A DNA stretch of 64,000 nt from Bacteroidaceae bacterium (lineage in GTDB: Bacteria; Bacteroidota; Bacteroidia; Bacteroidales; Bacteroidaceae), in assembly GCA_017647225.1 (NCBI GenBank), contig JAGCLA010000023.1:198663-262662 (forward strand), read 5' to 3'. Made by a program: the position numbers and the translations under genes. Positions within the stretch are counted from its first letter, which is position 1, and each line of letters begins with the position of its first letter. Below, in pieces: positions 50,755 to 61,957 of this stretch. The notes beneath the pieces are model-generated. The model was given only the letters and a program-made list of their open reading frames with translations. It made no database searches and was not told the origin of the DNA.

Positions 50755-51948
50755 ATGAACCAATTATCAGACCGCGTAAACCGATTGGCGCCGTCGGCAA
50801 CATTGGCTATGTCACAGAAGAGCCAGGAGTTGAAAGCACAAGGCGTAGATGTTATCAATATGAGTGTTGGAGAACCTGATTTCAATACTCCAGATGCTAT
50901 AAAAGAGGCTGCAAAAAAGGCTATTGATGACAACTGGTCACGTTATTCTCCTGTTCCAGGTTACCCTTCATTACGCAAAGCTATTGTAGAAAAACTAAAG
51001 AACGAGAACGGACTTGAGTTTAAGGAAACACAGATTTCTGTTTCAAACGGTGCTAAACAGGCTGTATGTAATGCTATTATGGCACTTGTAAACCCTGGTG
51101 ATGAAGTTATCGTTCCAGCTCCTTACTGGGTAAGTTACCCCGATATGGTAAAATTAGCCGACGGTAATCCTGTTATTGTAAGCGCAGGCATTGAGCAGAA
51201 TTTCAAAATCACAGGTGCTCAGCTTGAAGCTGCAATTACACCAAAGACAAAGATGCTGATTTTGTGTTCTCCTTCAAACCCCACAGGTTCGGTTTATACA
51301 AGAGAGGAATTGAAAGAACTTGCTGATGTACTTGCAAAATATCCTCATGTATATGTTGTTGCCGATGAAATTTACGAGCATATAAGCTATGTAGGAAAAC
51401 ATGAAAGCATTGCACAGTTCGAAGAGATTAGAGAGCGTGTAATAATTATCAACGGTGTTTCAAAGGCGTATGCCATGACAGGTTGGCGTATAGGTTACCT
51501 TGCTGCTGCAGAATGGATTGTAAAGGGTTGTAACAAACTTCAGGGACAATATACCAGCGGACCATGCTCTGTATCACAGATGGCGTCTCTTGAAGCTTAT
51601 ACAGGCTCACAGGAACCGGTTGAAGAGATGCGTAAGGCATTCCAACGTCGTCGTGACCTTATTGTAAAGCTTGCAAAAGAGATTCCTGGACTCGAAGTGA
51701 ATGTTCCTGAGGGTGCATTCTACCTATTCCCTAAATGTAGTTCATTCTATGGAAAGAGCTATGGTGATACAGTAATAAACAACAGTGACGATCTTGCAAT
51801 GTATCTGTTGACTGAGGCTCATGTAGCAGCTGTTGGAGGAACATCATTCGGAGCACCTGAATGTTTCAGAATGAGTTATGCAACAAGTGATGAGAATATA
51901 ATCGAAGCTATACGTCGCATTAAAGAGGCTCTTGCAAAACTCAAGTAA
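50755..51948 (+). CDS. Aspartate aminotransferase (class I PLP-dependent aminotransferase)
   Basis: 397 aa. ..MSVGEPDFNTP.., the PSNPTG motif, and the PLP-lysine context NGVSKAYAMTGWRIGY. Confidence 0.9.
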   Translation: MNQLSDRVNRLAPSATLAMSQKSQELKAQGVDVINMSVGEPDFNTPDAIKEAAKKAIDDNWSRYSPVPGYPSLRKAIVEKLKNENGLEFKETQISVSNGAKQAVCNAIMALVNPGDEVIVPAPYWVSYPDMVKLADGNPVIVSAGIEQNFKITGAQLEAAITPKTKMLILCSPSNPTGSVYTREELKELADVLAKYPHVYVVADEIYEHISYVGKHESIAQFEEIRERVIIINGVSKAYAMTGWRIGYLAAAEWIVKGCNKLQGQYTSGPCSVSQMASLEAYTGSQEPVEEMRKAFQRRRDLIVKLAKEIPGLEVNVPEGAFYLFPKCSSFYGKSYGDTVINNSDDLAMYLLTEAHVAAVGGTSFGAPECFRMSYATSDENIIEAIRRIKEALAKLK

Positions 51949-51972
51949 ACCAAAACATTTTATAATATAGAA

Positions 51973-52004
51973 TCAAAGGCAGTGTTATTGAATACTGCCT
52001 TTGA
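51973..52004 (+). terminator. Hairpin terminator after the aminotransferase gene
   Basis: TCAAAGGCAGT-10 nt-ACTGCCTTTGA, an 11-bp stem followed by TATTT. Confidence 0.7.
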
Positions 52005-52510
52005 TATTTAATATATATGTTTATAACATTGTTAATATCTTGTTGAAAACAACTTAATAAATAAAGTAAAAAAAGTGGTAATAAAATTTTGCTTTTCGAG
52101 ACCAAAAATTAAGCCATGCATATTGTTAAACAACCAAATTATTTTGCCACTTTTTTACATATATTTTTCAAACAGATTTCAACATATATAAACACTAAAA
52201 AAATAAGTTTAATACAAAATCAAAGAACGTATAATCGATACATAAATATCATTTAATCATTGATTTTTAATAAATTACATATAACTATAAAAAACTTAAG
52301 CAGCATATCGGACAAAGAGAAAATAATTATCAACATATTTATATACATTTTCAACAAGCTTTATTATTGTTTTTTATCTTTTTAAATTTTTTAAAAGGAT
52401 ATATATAATATAATAGACGTTGAAAATGGGGATAAGAAATTTTCACCTAATAATATAATGATTTATTTGCTTACTTTTGTAATAAACGACCACTGAGTTT
52501 ATCAATTAAT

Positions 52511-53701
52511 ATGCTAAAATATATAACCATACTTTTTGCTTTGATATTGGCTGTATTGGATTTTGTTGCATACAGGCGTATATTACGTTCAAAAGCACCC
52601 CGAAGTATAAGAACCATATTCGCTTCAAAAGTTATTATAGCAAACCTTATTCCATTATCGGTTCCTCTATTCATGTTTATTTTCAATAACGACAGCAATG
52701 GAACATTGATGATGAAAATTTCAATGGTATTGCTTACAGTTTTTATAGTACTTACATTATGTCGTCTTGTATTATATCTATTCTGGTTGCCTTCATCAAA
52801 AAATAAATGGCTGTATGTGGGTGGAGTAGTGAGTTTTGCTTCGTTTATATTGCTTATGTATGGTATTTTTGTTACACGTACCGATTATAAGATAAACGAG
52901 ATAGAACTTACGTACAACAATCTTCCGGAACCGTTCGATGGTTATCGTATAGCTTTTATTTCGGATATACATGTAGGTTCAATGTATAATGCCAAAAAAG
53001 AACTTGAAGATATATCAAAATTGATATCCTCAACTGATGCTGATATCCTGCTTTTCGGTGGCGATTTGGTTAATATGCATCATTCTGAGCTGACTCCTGC
53101 AATACTTGAAAAGCTATCAATGATAAAAGGAAAAGATGGTGTTCTGGCTGTACTCGGAAATCACGATACAGGAGCCTATTTAAGAGATAGTATAACAACA
53201 CCCCGTTACCTTAATAAAAAGCTCGTAGAAGAGAAATTAGGCAGTATAGGGTGGGTTCTTTTGCGTGACAGAACAAAATTTATTAGTAGAGTTGACGATT
53301 CTATAGCTGTAACGGGAATTGATTATACCGATGAATTATTGAAATTTAAGCACGATTTCAATAATATAAATGATTATGATGTTTCACACATATATTCCGG
53401 TATAGATGATAAAATTTTCAATGTAACAATTTCACATCTTCCTCAGTTATGGTATAAGTTGTGTGATAACGGTTATTCCGATTTAACCCTATCAGGTCAT
53501 ATACATGCCATGCAATTAAAGTACAATCTGTTCGGATTGAATTTATCTCCGGCTTCATTTATGTATAATGAATGGAGTGGATTATATGAACGTAGTAATG
53601 GTAAATTGTATATAACTGACGGTGTGGGAACTGTCGGTTTCTTTGCCCGTCTGGGTGCACGACCCGAGATTACATTAATAACCCTAAAGAAAAGTATATA
53701 A
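52511..53701 (+). CDS. Membrane-anchored metallophosphoesterase (calcineurin-like)
   Basis: 396 aa. The N-terminal about 120 aa hold 4 hydrophobic helices. These are followed by the metallophosphatase motifs ISDIHVG, GGDLV, GNHD and SGHIH. Confidence 0.85.
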   Translation: MLKYITILFALILAVLDFVAYRRILRSKAPRSIRTIFASKVIIANLIPLSVPLFMFIFNNDSNGTLMMKISMVLLTVFIVLTLCRLVLYLFWLPSSKNKWLYVGGVVSFASFILLMYGIFVTRTDYKINEIELTYNNLPEPFDGYRIAFISDIHVGSMYNAKKELEDISKLISSTDADILLFGGDLVNMHHSELTPAILEKLSMIKGKDGVLAVLGNHDTGAYLRDSITTPRYLNKKLVEEKLGSIGWVLLRDRTKFISRVDDSIAVTGIDYTDELLKFKHDFNNINDYDVSHIYSGIDDKIFNVTISHLPQLWYKLCDNGYSDLTLSGHIHAMQLKYNLFGLNLSPASFMYNEWSGLYERSNGKLYITDGVGTVGFFARLGARPEITLITLKKSI

Positions 53702-53704
53702 ATA

Positions 53705-55132
53705 CTATTTTATAAGTACTTTTTTACCATCTATAATATATATACCATTTGGTAGATTTTGTTTTGATGGTAGTTTTTGACCGTAAATATTATATATACA
53801 GGTCTCTTTAGTTATATCTTTACTTAAAACATTAACTGATGTCTCATTTTTCAATTGTTCTGATATCCAATTGATTCTATTATCTATCCAAATTAATGTA
53901 GATTCTATTTCTTCTTCTATAGGAGTGAATTTATCATCGTAGGGATATATTTCTTTATTAAGAATTCTACTTTTATTTATATCTTCTTTGTAATTATCAA
54001 AAGTTGAATATAAATAATTGGTTACTTTATTAAGAATATTATCTTTTAAACTTTCCCATAAATAAACATATGAAGTATAGAAATCTTCTCTTTGTAGTAA
54101 TTTTATGAAGTAAAAACTATATTCTATTCTATGTATATTGCTCCATTTGTCACTTACACCGAATGTAGCGTCAAAATCCCATAGTGGTCCCATTTTTAAG
54201 AGAGTACTATTAGGTTGTGATGGATTATAGTCCTCTTTATATAAAAATCTATTTGTACCTCCAGCATCTGATTGTCCTAAAATATCCTGTGCCAGCAACC
54301 ATGCAGCCCAGTTGCCAATCTCGATATACTGTGATATATCTCCATTTACTGATAGAGTCTCTTCGAAATTAATTATATATTTTTTTATATTATTAATAAT
54401 TGAATCGTTTAATTCATCTGGATCAGGGTATTTAAAAGTATATCCAACCTGATTAGGTAGAATATTTGTTTTAAAATATTTATTTTCATTCCACCAGTAG
54501 GCATCATCTTCAATTAAATATCCACTATTATCTATATTTAAACGACATATTTCTCTTTCTATAGTTTCTGTTAATATATAGTCACCTCTATATTTTCCAT
54601 TAATTACCAGATTTACTATTTTACATTCAGGTTCCCATTCAAGACCAACTTGTAACCCTATATTTAATCCTGTATATACTTTTGTAATAAATCCGTCATA
54701 AACAGACTTTAATACCCAATCTTTGTCATTATAAGATTTATCTCTAAATAAAAGGTCAGTGCTTTTTGATAATTTAAGTTTATATGGTCTTTTTTCCCAT
54801 ATACTGCTTGAATTACCGCGCAACCTTATTTTTATCCCATTATTATTACTATCATATATAAGACTATCTTTTAATGATAGTCTCATTCTTCCATATACAT
54901 ATTCATTATTTATCAATCCTGTACCCCATAAGCCATCAGGAGCAGTTATATTTGTTCCAGTAGGTTCTATTCCATCATTGGTCCATATTTCTATTAATGG
55001 GATATTAATAGTACGCAAAATAGAATCTTGTTTACACACTTGTAATATATTATATTCCTGTCCAAAAATATTAAATGTTAAGTTTGTATAAACAATTAAT
55101 ATTATCAAAACAAATAGTTTAGTTTGTTTCAT
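53705..55132 (-). CDS. CotH-family protein with a T9SS C-terminal sorting domain
   Basis: 475 aa. Signal peptide MKQTKLFVLIILIVYTNLTFNIFGQ. CotH-like core (..IRLRGNSSSIWEKRPYKLKLSK..WVLKSVYD..INGKYRGDYILTE..). The C-terminus ..IYNIYGQKLPSKQNLPNGIYIIDGKKVLIK is typical of type-A Por secretion tails. Confidence 0.7.
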   Translation of the reverse strand: MKQTKLFVLIILIVYTNLTFNIFGQEYNILQVCKQDSILRTINIPLIEIWTNDGIEPTGTNITAPDGLWGTGLINNEYVYGRMRLSLKDSLIYDSNNNGIKIRLRGNSSSIWEKRPYKLKLSKSTDLLFRDKSYNDKDWVLKSVYDGFITKVYTGLNIGLQVGLEWEPECKIVNLVINGKYRGDYILTETIEREICRLNIDNSGYLIEDDAYWWNENKYFKTNILPNQVGYTFKYPDPDELNDSIINNIKKYIINFEETLSVNGDISQYIEIGNWAAWLLAQDILGQSDAGGTNRFLYKEDYNPSQPNSTLLKMGPLWDFDATFGVSDKWSNIHRIEYSFYFIKLLQREDFYTSYVYLWESLKDNILNKVTNYLYSTFDNYKEDINKSRILNKEIYPYDDKFTPIEEEIESTLIWIDNRINWISEQLKNETSVNVLSKDITKETCIYNIYGQKLPSKQNLPNGIYIIDGKKVLIK

Positions 55133-55163
55133 GGGTAAGAGAATATCTTAAAAAGTGTTTAAT

Positions 55164-57476
55164 TTATCTTATAACAACAATTTTTGTTGTTTCACCCTCT
55201 TTTCCGTTTTTATCATAAAGAAGAACCTGGTAAACTCCGCTTGAAACCTTTTCACCCTTTTTGTTTCGTCCGTTCCAAGAATACATACCACCGTTTGAAT
55301 ATCCTTCGTTTATAATATAACCTGATGTATCAATAATTTTTACGTTACATTCATCTGTTAATCCAACAATTGAAATATTTCCGTTATAATCGGATCTTAC
55401 AGGGTTTGGGTAAGCATGTATGACATTTTTTTCAAGTTTTTCTTCAGGTCTTGTGGCATCACTTCTGTAGCATGCGATACCTTTATCTGTACCAATAAAA
55501 ACATCTCCTGTTTTATGATTTACAGCTATACTCACAATACAATTTGATGGTAATGGAGAATTTTCTGTAGTAAAGTGGTGTATTGTTTCCAATCCATCTT
55601 CACTTATAAGATATATTCCACTATCAAGAGTACCTACCCATTTTCTATTTGCACCATCAACATCTATAGCTTTAATATATATATTGTTCATAAGGTAGTC
55701 GGCAAGTCCTGTTCCATCATTTCTTGGTACTTTTATTTGTTTGAACGTACCATTTTTATTTAATAATTCATCAGGGTTATCTATAACAAAAAGTCCTGTA
55801 TTTGTTCCTACCCACATATGCCCATTTTTATCTTCACACAATGCCGGTACTTGATATATATTGTAAGTTATTCCATCTTGGTTAGTAAATGTATCAAACC
55901 AGGATTTTACTTTGTCATCACTTGTATTGAATGGAGTATTTTTAATATTAGCGCAGAATAATCCTGCAACATCACTACTTGTAGAATATGCTGTGATCCA
56001 TAACCATCCTCTTGAATCAAATAATGGTTTTACCATTACTTTTTTGTTTTCTATTTCTTTATAATTTAATGATACCCATTCACCATTCTTCTTAAGAACT
56101 TTTATAATATCCTTTATATTATTTGTATTAATACACCAAAGATTTCCTTCTTTATCAAAAATAACTGTTGGAACACGTACATATTTTTGATTATTTGGTA
56201 CAGCGCTTTCTAAAATAGAGTTTTTGAAATCATAGTGTTTTACAAATTTTCCATCTCTGAATTCAAACAAACCATTTCCGAATGAACTTGCAAAATAGTG
56301 TCCCGGCTCAGTAGGGTCTTCATCTGCAGAGCATATATTTTGATATTTAAGTTTTGTTACTGTTTTAATAGTATCTTCAGGGAAATTAAACCATTTATGA
56401 TTGCTTACATTATATTCCATAAATGTACCATCATAAAATGTATCATCAAAATAGTTTAATGCTCCTCCTGTTATCAATAGTTTATCATCATTCGTGAACT
56501 TCATGAATTCACAATAATTTCGAACAGGGCTGTTCTTGAATGTTATTTCTTGAATATCTATGAGTCTGTTACTTTCTATTTTACTTTTATATACTCCTTT
56601 ATATCCCTTACAGTTCCAATACTCATTTTTATTCTTAAGTATATAATTACTGTTTGCAGTCTTATATACATATACTTTTGTATGATTTTTTATAATTGTA
56701 AGTTTATCGCTGGCAGGAGCTATTATTTCGTTGTCTTTGTTATAAATTGTATGATATTTACCTCCAATTCTTTCAACAATCTCGTTATACACGTAAGTAT
56801 TGGTATCCAATACTGATATACAGCTGTCTTTTATAAGAACATATAATTCATTATCCAATTCACATAAAGCTATTATCTTATCTGAATTTATATTCTCCCA
56901 ATTGTTTTTATCAAGCATGTTTTTAGTTGTATCACACTTGAATAATCCGTTATCGGTTCCTGTATATAATTTATCTTTGAAAAGATATGCACACCTGGTA
57001 TTATATCCTGTGTTATATGTATTTTTTATTTCAAGTTTTTCCAAATCCAATACAACCACTCCGAATTCGGTTGAAAGGTACGCTATGTTTTTATCAATGT
57101 TTATATTATTGATAGTCTTATTGTTGACATTGCTGTTCTTGAAATCGGTTATATTGTATATTGTTTCATCATCATACAATATGTCGATATTAGCATTGCT
57201 GTATATGATAACTAATGCATTTATATAATCACTGTATGATATATGTGTTATATTGATATCGCTTAAACCGTTTATTTTATCATATAGAAAAACTTCGTTA
57301 TCGGCGGTATTGTATGAAAAAAGAGCTCCTGATGAAAGTATATATACCTTTTTGCCGGCAACTTGACAATATGTACTGTTATGGTATGACGGATATAGAG
57401 TCCAGTTGTCTTCAGATGCTCTTGTATGTATAGAGAAAAGAAGAATTAATTGTAATAGAATAAGTCTTTTAATCAT
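55164..57476 (-). CDS. Beta-propeller (two-component-regulator-propeller-like) protein with a T9SS C-terminal sorting domain; PorZ-like
   Basis: 770 aa. Signal peptide [20 protein letters not shown]. Repeated blade motifs ([36 protein letters not shown]). C-terminal domain ..[35 protein letters not shown]. The size and double-propeller-plus-CTD layout match the T9SS attachment-complex protein PorZ. That specific identity is an inference. Confidence 0.65.
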   Translation of the reverse strand: MIKRLILLQLILLFSIHTRASEDNWTLYPSYHNSTYCQVAGKKVYILSSGALFSYNTADNEVFLYDKINGLSDINITHISYSDYINALVIIYSNANIDILYDDETIYNITDFKNSNVNNKTINNINIDKNIAYLSTEFGVVVLDLEKLEIKNTYNTGYNTRCAYLFKDKLYTGTDNGLFKCDTTKNMLDKNNWENINSDKIIALCELDNELYVLIKDSCISVLDTNTYVYNEIVERIGGKYHTIYNKDNEIIAPASDKLTIIKNHTKVYVYKTANSNYILKNKNEYWNCKGYKGVYKSKIESNRLIDIQEITFKNSPVRNYCEFMKFTNDDKLLITGGALNYFDDTFYDGTFMEYNVSNHKWFNFPEDTIKTVTKLKYQNICSADEDPTEPGHYFASSFGNGLFEFRDGKFVKHYDFKNSILESAVPNNQKYVRVPTVIFDKEGNLWCINTNNIKDIIKVLKKNGEWVSLNYKEIENKKVMVKPLFDSRGWLWITAYSTSSDVAGLFCANIKNTPFNTSDDKVKSWFDTFTNQDGITYNIYQVPALCEDKNGHMWVGTNTGLFVIDNPDELLNKNGTFKQIKVPRNDGTGLADYLMNNIYIKAIDVDGANRKWVGTLDSGIYLISEDGLETIHHFTTENSPLPSNCIVSIAVNHKTGDVFIGTDKGIACYRSDATRPEEKLEKNVIHAYPNPVRSDYNGNISIVGLTDECNVKIIDTSGYIINEGYSNGGMYSWNGRNKKGEKVSSGVYQVLLYDKNGKEGETTKIVVIR

Positions 57477-58050
57477 TTTGTTGCTTTAAATAATTATTAA
57501 GTTCTTCTGTTGCACGGTAACGGTGACTTATACTGTTTTTCATATCACCGGACATCTGTGCAAAGCTTTCGGAAAAACCTTCAGGAATAAATACAGGGTC
57601 ATATCCAAATCCAGAATTTCCTGTTTTTTCATGGCTTATGGTACCTTTGACTATGCCATTGAACAGTTTTTCCTCTCCCTTAATAATTAACGCAATAACT
57701 GTGCGAAATTGTGCATTTCTATTATTTTTTCCTGTTAAATTTTGCAACAATTTATTCATGTTGGCTTCGGAATTACACTCCTCACCTGCATATCGTGCCG
57801 AATATACCCCAGGTTCGCCATTCAAGGCTTCGACTTCAAGACCAGTGTCATCGGCAAAACAGTCAACTCCGAATTTGTCATATATATACCTTGCCTTTAT
57901 GAGAGCATTACCCTCTAATGTATCAGCTGTTTCAGGTATATCATCGTGACAATCTATATCATTTAATGATAAAATTTCAACCCTGTTTCCAAGGATAGCT
58001 CTTACTTCGTCGAGTTTATGTTTGTTATTTGTTGCAAAAACAAGTTTCAT
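57469..58050 (-). CDS. rdgB: Non-canonical purine NTP pyrophosphatase (RdgB/HAM1)
   Basis: 193 aa. Motifs FATNNKHKL, ..ADDTGLEV.., and GFGYDPVF. Confidence 0.93.
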   Translation of the reverse strand: MKLVFATNNKHKLDEVRAILGNRVEILSLNDIDCHDDIPETADTLEGNALIKARYIYDKFGVDCFADDTGLEVEALNGEPGVYSARYAGEECNSEANMNKLLQNLTGKNNRNAQFRTVIALIIKGEEKLFNGIVKGTISHEKTGNSGFGYDPVFIPEGFSESFAQMSGDMKNSISHRYRATEELNNYLKQQND

Positions 58051-59024
58051 TTTACTTCCTCCTGTTTATCAGTATTGATAATGCTTGTATCGTCAATCTT
58101 GAATTTCTTTTTTGATTTTATCTTGTCAAATCCATTGCCATATACAGCCATAACTTTTGACTGTGAAATCAAAGCATTAGGGTCAATCTGTTTAATAGCA
58201 CTCAATAGCTGATTTGATTGATTTGCACGTGCAATGGTTGTTACAACTTTTCCCTCTTTTCCCGAATAATATCCGATAGAGTCGAGTAGTGTAACACCTC
58301 GTTTCAAGTGTCGTGTTATATAATATGCTATTTCGTCATATTTGCTAGAGAATATAAAGAACTGTACAGCCTGACGGTTACTGTTTACCATATAATCGAG
58401 CGATACATTTACAATGACAAGGTTTATAAATCCGTAAAAAACCTTTTGTATGCTCATTGATATGTTTTCGCTTGGTATAATAAAGAAACTGCTTATAATA
58501 ACACATGCATCGACATATAGCATTGCACGGCCAAAGCTTATATCTTTATATTTATTTACAATAGCTGCAATAATATCTACTCCACCGGTGCTTCCATTGT
58601 TCAAGAAACAGAATGCTATACCCATTCCGGTAAATATAGAACCTACTATACAAGCTTCCAATTGTTTATCAGGGCCAAGAATCTGATAAGCCGTAGGACA
58701 AGTCTGGAATATAAAGTCAAACATTTCAAGTGCCAATGTCATTACTGCAATGGCATATATTGTCTTTACACAGAATTTCCATCCGAGCTGTTGTATGGCA
58801 ATAATTATAAGTACAATATTTATAGCAAAATAGGTGTATTGCATAGGTATTCCTGTTGTGTACTCCACAATACCTCCCACACCGGTTATACCACCTGTCA
58901 CAAACTTGTACGGAGCCATAAAGAATTTCCAGGTAAAGGCATATAGTGTGAGTCCTAATGTTATCATGAGATAATTCTTAAGTTCACTCATGATCGTAGG
59001 TTTTGGTATAAAACGCTTTGCCAT
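58047..59024 (-). CDS. YitT-family membrane protein (DUF2179 C-domain)
   Basis: 325 aa. Five to six TM segments (..[11 protein letters not shown].., ..GGVDII..), then a soluble DUF2179-like C-domain. The stop overlaps the rdgB ATG by 4 nt. Confidence 0.8.
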   Translation of the reverse strand: MAKRFIPKPTIMSELKNYLMITLGLTLYAFTWKFFMAPYKFVTGGITGVGGIVEYTTGIPMQYTYFAINIVLIIIAIQQLGWKFCVKTIYAIAVMTLALEMFDFIFQTCPTAYQILGPDKQLEACIVGSIFTGMGIAFCFLNNGSTGGVDIIAAIVNKYKDISFGRAMLYVDACVIISSFFIIPSENISMSIQKVFYGFINLVIVNVSLDYMVNSNRQAVQFFIFSSKYDEIAYYITRHLKRGVTLLDSIGYYSGKEGKVVTTIARANQSNQLLSAIKQIDPNALISQSKVMAVYGNGFDKIKSKKKFKIDDTSIINTDKQEEVK

Positions 59025-59063
59025 AGTTGTAAATATTAAGTTTATTATTGCAGTTTTATATAC

Positions 59064-61895
59064 TTAAATAACCACGTTGACAATTTTTTTAGGTACAATG
59101 ATTACTTTCTTGATGGGTTTACCGTCTATATATTTCTGGCTGTTTTCGTCAGCGAGTACGGTTGATTCTATTTCAGCGTTTGTAGCATCAGCTGCAAATT
59201 CAAGATTAAATCTTGCCTTACCGTTGAACGAAATAGTATATTTGATAGTGTCCTCTTTCAAGTATTCCTCATTGAATAAAGGCCATTCAGCATCACAGAT
59301 AGTGGTATTGTGTCCCATAATCTCCCAAAGTTCCTCGCAAATATGAGGTGCGAAAGGAGAAAGTGTCACTACAACCTGCTCAAAGATAGATTTCTTATTA
59401 CATTTGAGTGCTGTAAGTTCATTAAGGCATATCATAAATGCACTTACAGTAGTGTTGTATGAGAATGCAGGAATATCTTCTGTTGTTTTCTTTATAAGTT
59501 TATGTAGTGATTTCAACTCTTCCTTTGTAGGCTCTTCGTCTGTAAGAATGTAGTTGTCGTTCTTGTCGAAGAACATACCCCAGAGCTTACGCAAAAATCT
59601 GTGGCAACCGTCAATACCGTTTGTATCCCAAGGTTTTGATTGTTCTACAGGGCCGAGGAACATCTCGTACAAACGTAAAGTGTCGGCACCATATTTCTCG
59701 ACAATGGTGTCAGGGTTGACCACATTGAACATTGACTTACTCATCTTCTCAACAGCCCAACCGCAAATGTATTTGTCATTTTCAAGAATGAATTCTGCAT
59801 TTGCATATTCAGGACGCCATGCGCGGAAAGCATCAATATCAAGAATATCGTTTGATACAATGTTTACATCAACGTGAAGCGGAGTAACATCATAATTCTT
59901 TGAAAGGTTAAGCGAAACGAATGTGTTTGTATCCTTTATACGATAAACAAAATTGCTTCGTCCTTGAATCATACCCTGGTTAACAAGTTTCTGGAATGGC
60001 TCTTCCTTAACGCTTACACCTATATCATGCAGGAACATGTTCCAGAAGCGTGAATATATCAAGTGTCCTGTTGCATGCTCTGTACCACCTACATAAAGGT
60101 CAACATTTTGCCAGTAGTTGTCAGCTTCGGTTGAAACTAATGCCTTGTCATTTTTTGGGTCCATGTAACGCAAGTAGTATGCACTTGAACCTGCAAATCC
60201 CGGCATAGTGTTGAGTTCAAGAGGGAATATACTCTTGTTGTCAACTGTATCTTTGCTTACAATACACTTATTCTGTTCGTCCCAAGCCCACATTTTGGCA
60301 TGGCCCAACGGAGGCTCACCTGTTTCGGTAGGAAGGAATTTCTCAACCTCAGGCAATTGTAGTGGCAAGCACTCTTCGGGTATCGGGTATGGTACACCGT
60401 CTTTGTAATATATTGGGAATGGCTCACCCCAATAACGCTGGCGGCTGAAGATGGCATCGCGTAAACGGAAGTTTACTTTAACTCTACCGAGCTTGTTTTC
60501 GCTTATGTAGCTCTTTGTCTTTGCAATGGCATCCTTTACTGTAAGCCCGTTGAGGTTGAGTTTGCAATCGGCAAATTTTGCAACGGGTGAATTGGTCATG
60601 ATACCCTCTTTTGCATCAAAGCTCTCCTCGCTTACATCACAACCTTCAATCAATGGGCGTATCTCAATGCCGAAGTGTTTTGCAAATGCATAGTCGCGGC
60701 TATCGTGAGCCGGAACAGCCATTATTGCACCTGTTCCATAACCCGAAAGTACATAGTCGCTTACCCAAACAGGAATCTCCTCACCTGTGATAGGGTTAAT
60801 TGCGTAAGAACCTGTGAATACGCCGGTAACATTGCGGTCAATCATGCGCTCACGCTCTGTACGTTTCTTTGTACGGTCGAGATATTCTTCAACGGCATTT
60901 TTCTGTTCTGTTGTTGTAAGTCTGGCAACGAGTTCGCTTTCAGGTGCCAGAACCATGAATGTAACACCGAAGATAGTGTCGGCACGAGTAGTGAATATAG
61001 TGAATTCTATATCGCTGTCCTTGATTCTGAACTGCATTTCGGCACCCTCGCTACGTCCAATCCAGTTACGTTGTGTCTCTTTGAGTGAATCGGTCCAGTC
61101 AATTCTGTCAAGACCGTCAAGCAGTCTTTGTGCGTATGCCGACACACGCAGACACCACTGTTTCATCTTCTTTTGTATAACAGGGAATCCACCGCGTTCC
61201 GAAACGCCATCGACAACCTCGTCGTTAGCAAGTACAGTACCAAGTTCGGGGCACCAGTTTACCATAGTCTCGTTGAGGAAAGCAATTCGCCAATTCATCA
61301 GCAGTTCCTGTTTTGCAACTTCGCTCAGGCTGTTCCACTCTTCGGCTGTAACATCAATTTCCTTTGTGCATGCGGCATTTATATTCTTGCTGCCCTCATT
61401 GCTCAACTTTTCGATAAGTTCAGAAATTGGTCGGCTACACTTTTTGTCGTTATCATAGTAGCTGTTGAACATCTGGATAAATGTCCACTGTGTCCAATGA
61501 TAGTAATTTGCATCACAGGTTCTTATTTCTCTGTCCCAATCGAAGCAGAAACCTATTTTGTCGAGCTGTTCGCGGTAACGGTTGATATTCTGTTCTGTTG
61601 TTATGGCAGGGTGTTGTCCTGTCTGTATTGCATATTGCTCTGCCGGCAATCCGTAAGCATCGTAGCCCATAGGGTTAAGCACATTATATCCGTTAAGGCG
61701 TTTGAAACGTGCGAAAATATCAGATGCAATATATCCGAGCGGGTGTCCTACATGAAGTCCTGCACCCGATGGGTAAGGGAACATGTTGAGAACATAATAT
61801 TTTTCTTTGCTGTCATCTTCGGTTACATGGTAGGTCTTGTTTTCCTTCCATATTCTCTGCCACTTCTGTTCAATCTCGTTAAAATTGTATGCCAT
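59064..61895 (-). CDS. leuS: Leucine--tRNA ligase
   Basis: 943 aa. HIGH motif ([13 protein letters not shown]), KMSKS motif (EKMSKSMFN), and a CP1 editing domain between them. Confidence 0.96.
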   Translation of the reverse strand: MAYNFNEIEQKWQRIWKENKTYHVTEDDSKEKYYVLNMFPYPSGAGLHVGHPLGYIASDIFARFKRLNGYNVLNPMGYDAYGLPAEQYAIQTGQHPAITTEQNINRYREQLDKIGFCFDWDREIRTCDANYYHWTQWTFIQMFNSYYDNDKKCSRPISELIEKLSNEGSKNINAACTKEIDVTAEEWNSLSEVAKQELLMNWRIAFLNETMVNWCPELGTVLANDEVVDGVSERGGFPVIQKKMKQWCLRVSAYAQRLLDGLDRIDWTDSLKETQRNWIGRSEGAEMQFRIKDSDIEFTIFTTRADTIFGVTFMVLAPESELVARLTTTEQKNAVEEYLDRTKKRTERERMIDRNVTGVFTGSYAINPITGEEIPVWVSDYVLSGYGTGAIMAVPAHDSRDYAFAKHFGIEIRPLIEGCDVSEESFDAKEGIMTNSPVAKFADCKLNLNGLTVKDAIAKTKSYISENKLGRVKVNFRLRDAIFSRQRYWGEPFPIYYKDGVPYPIPEECLPLQLPEVEKFLPTETGEPPLGHAKMWAWDEQNKCIVSKDTVDNKSIFPLELNTMPGFAGSSAYYLRYMDPKNDKALVSTEADNYWQNVDLYVGGTEHATGHLIYSRFWNMFLHDIGVSVKEEPFQKLVNQGMIQGRSNFVYRIKDTNTFVSLNLSKNYDVTPLHVDVNIVSNDILDIDAFRAWRPEYANAEFILENDKYICGWAVEKMSKSMFNVVNPDTIVEKYGADTLRLYEMFLGPVEQSKPWDTNGIDGCHRFLRKLWGMFFDKNDNYILTDEEPTKEELKSLHKLIKKTTEDIPAFSYNTTVSAFMICLNELTALKCNKKSIFEQVVVTLSPFAPHICEELWEIMGHNTTICDAEWPLFNEEYLKEDTIKYTISFNGKARFNLEFAADATNAEIESTVLADENSQKYIDGKPIKKVIIVPKKIVNVVI

Positions 61896-61957
61896 ATCTT
61901 AAAAAATTATTTGCGTTTTTAATGTATTACTATCTACATAGTAGATGTAATAAACTG

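Noticed and set aside
52116-52256. 46-codon ORF (MHIVKQPNYFATFLHIFFKQISTY...) inside the spacer.
   Set aside because: Its composition mirrors the AT-rich DNA (Ile/Asn/Lys/Tyr), and it has no signal or hydrophobic helix. An ORF of this length is expected by chance.
51949-52510. The long AT-rich spacer considered as oriC, a CRISPR leader/array or a structured ncRNA gene.
   Set aside because: It has no DnaA boxes, no regularly spaced direct repeats, and no GC-rich paired helices of the kind expected for tmRNA, RNase P, 6S or riboswitches. I kept it only as a possible regulatory region or scar (see findings).
60675-61922. Three plus-strand ORFs (137, 214 and 264 aa) inside leuS.
   Set aside because: They are antisense to leuS, mutually overlapping, low-complexity and Ser/Cys/Phe-rich. 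I treat them as shadow ORFs.
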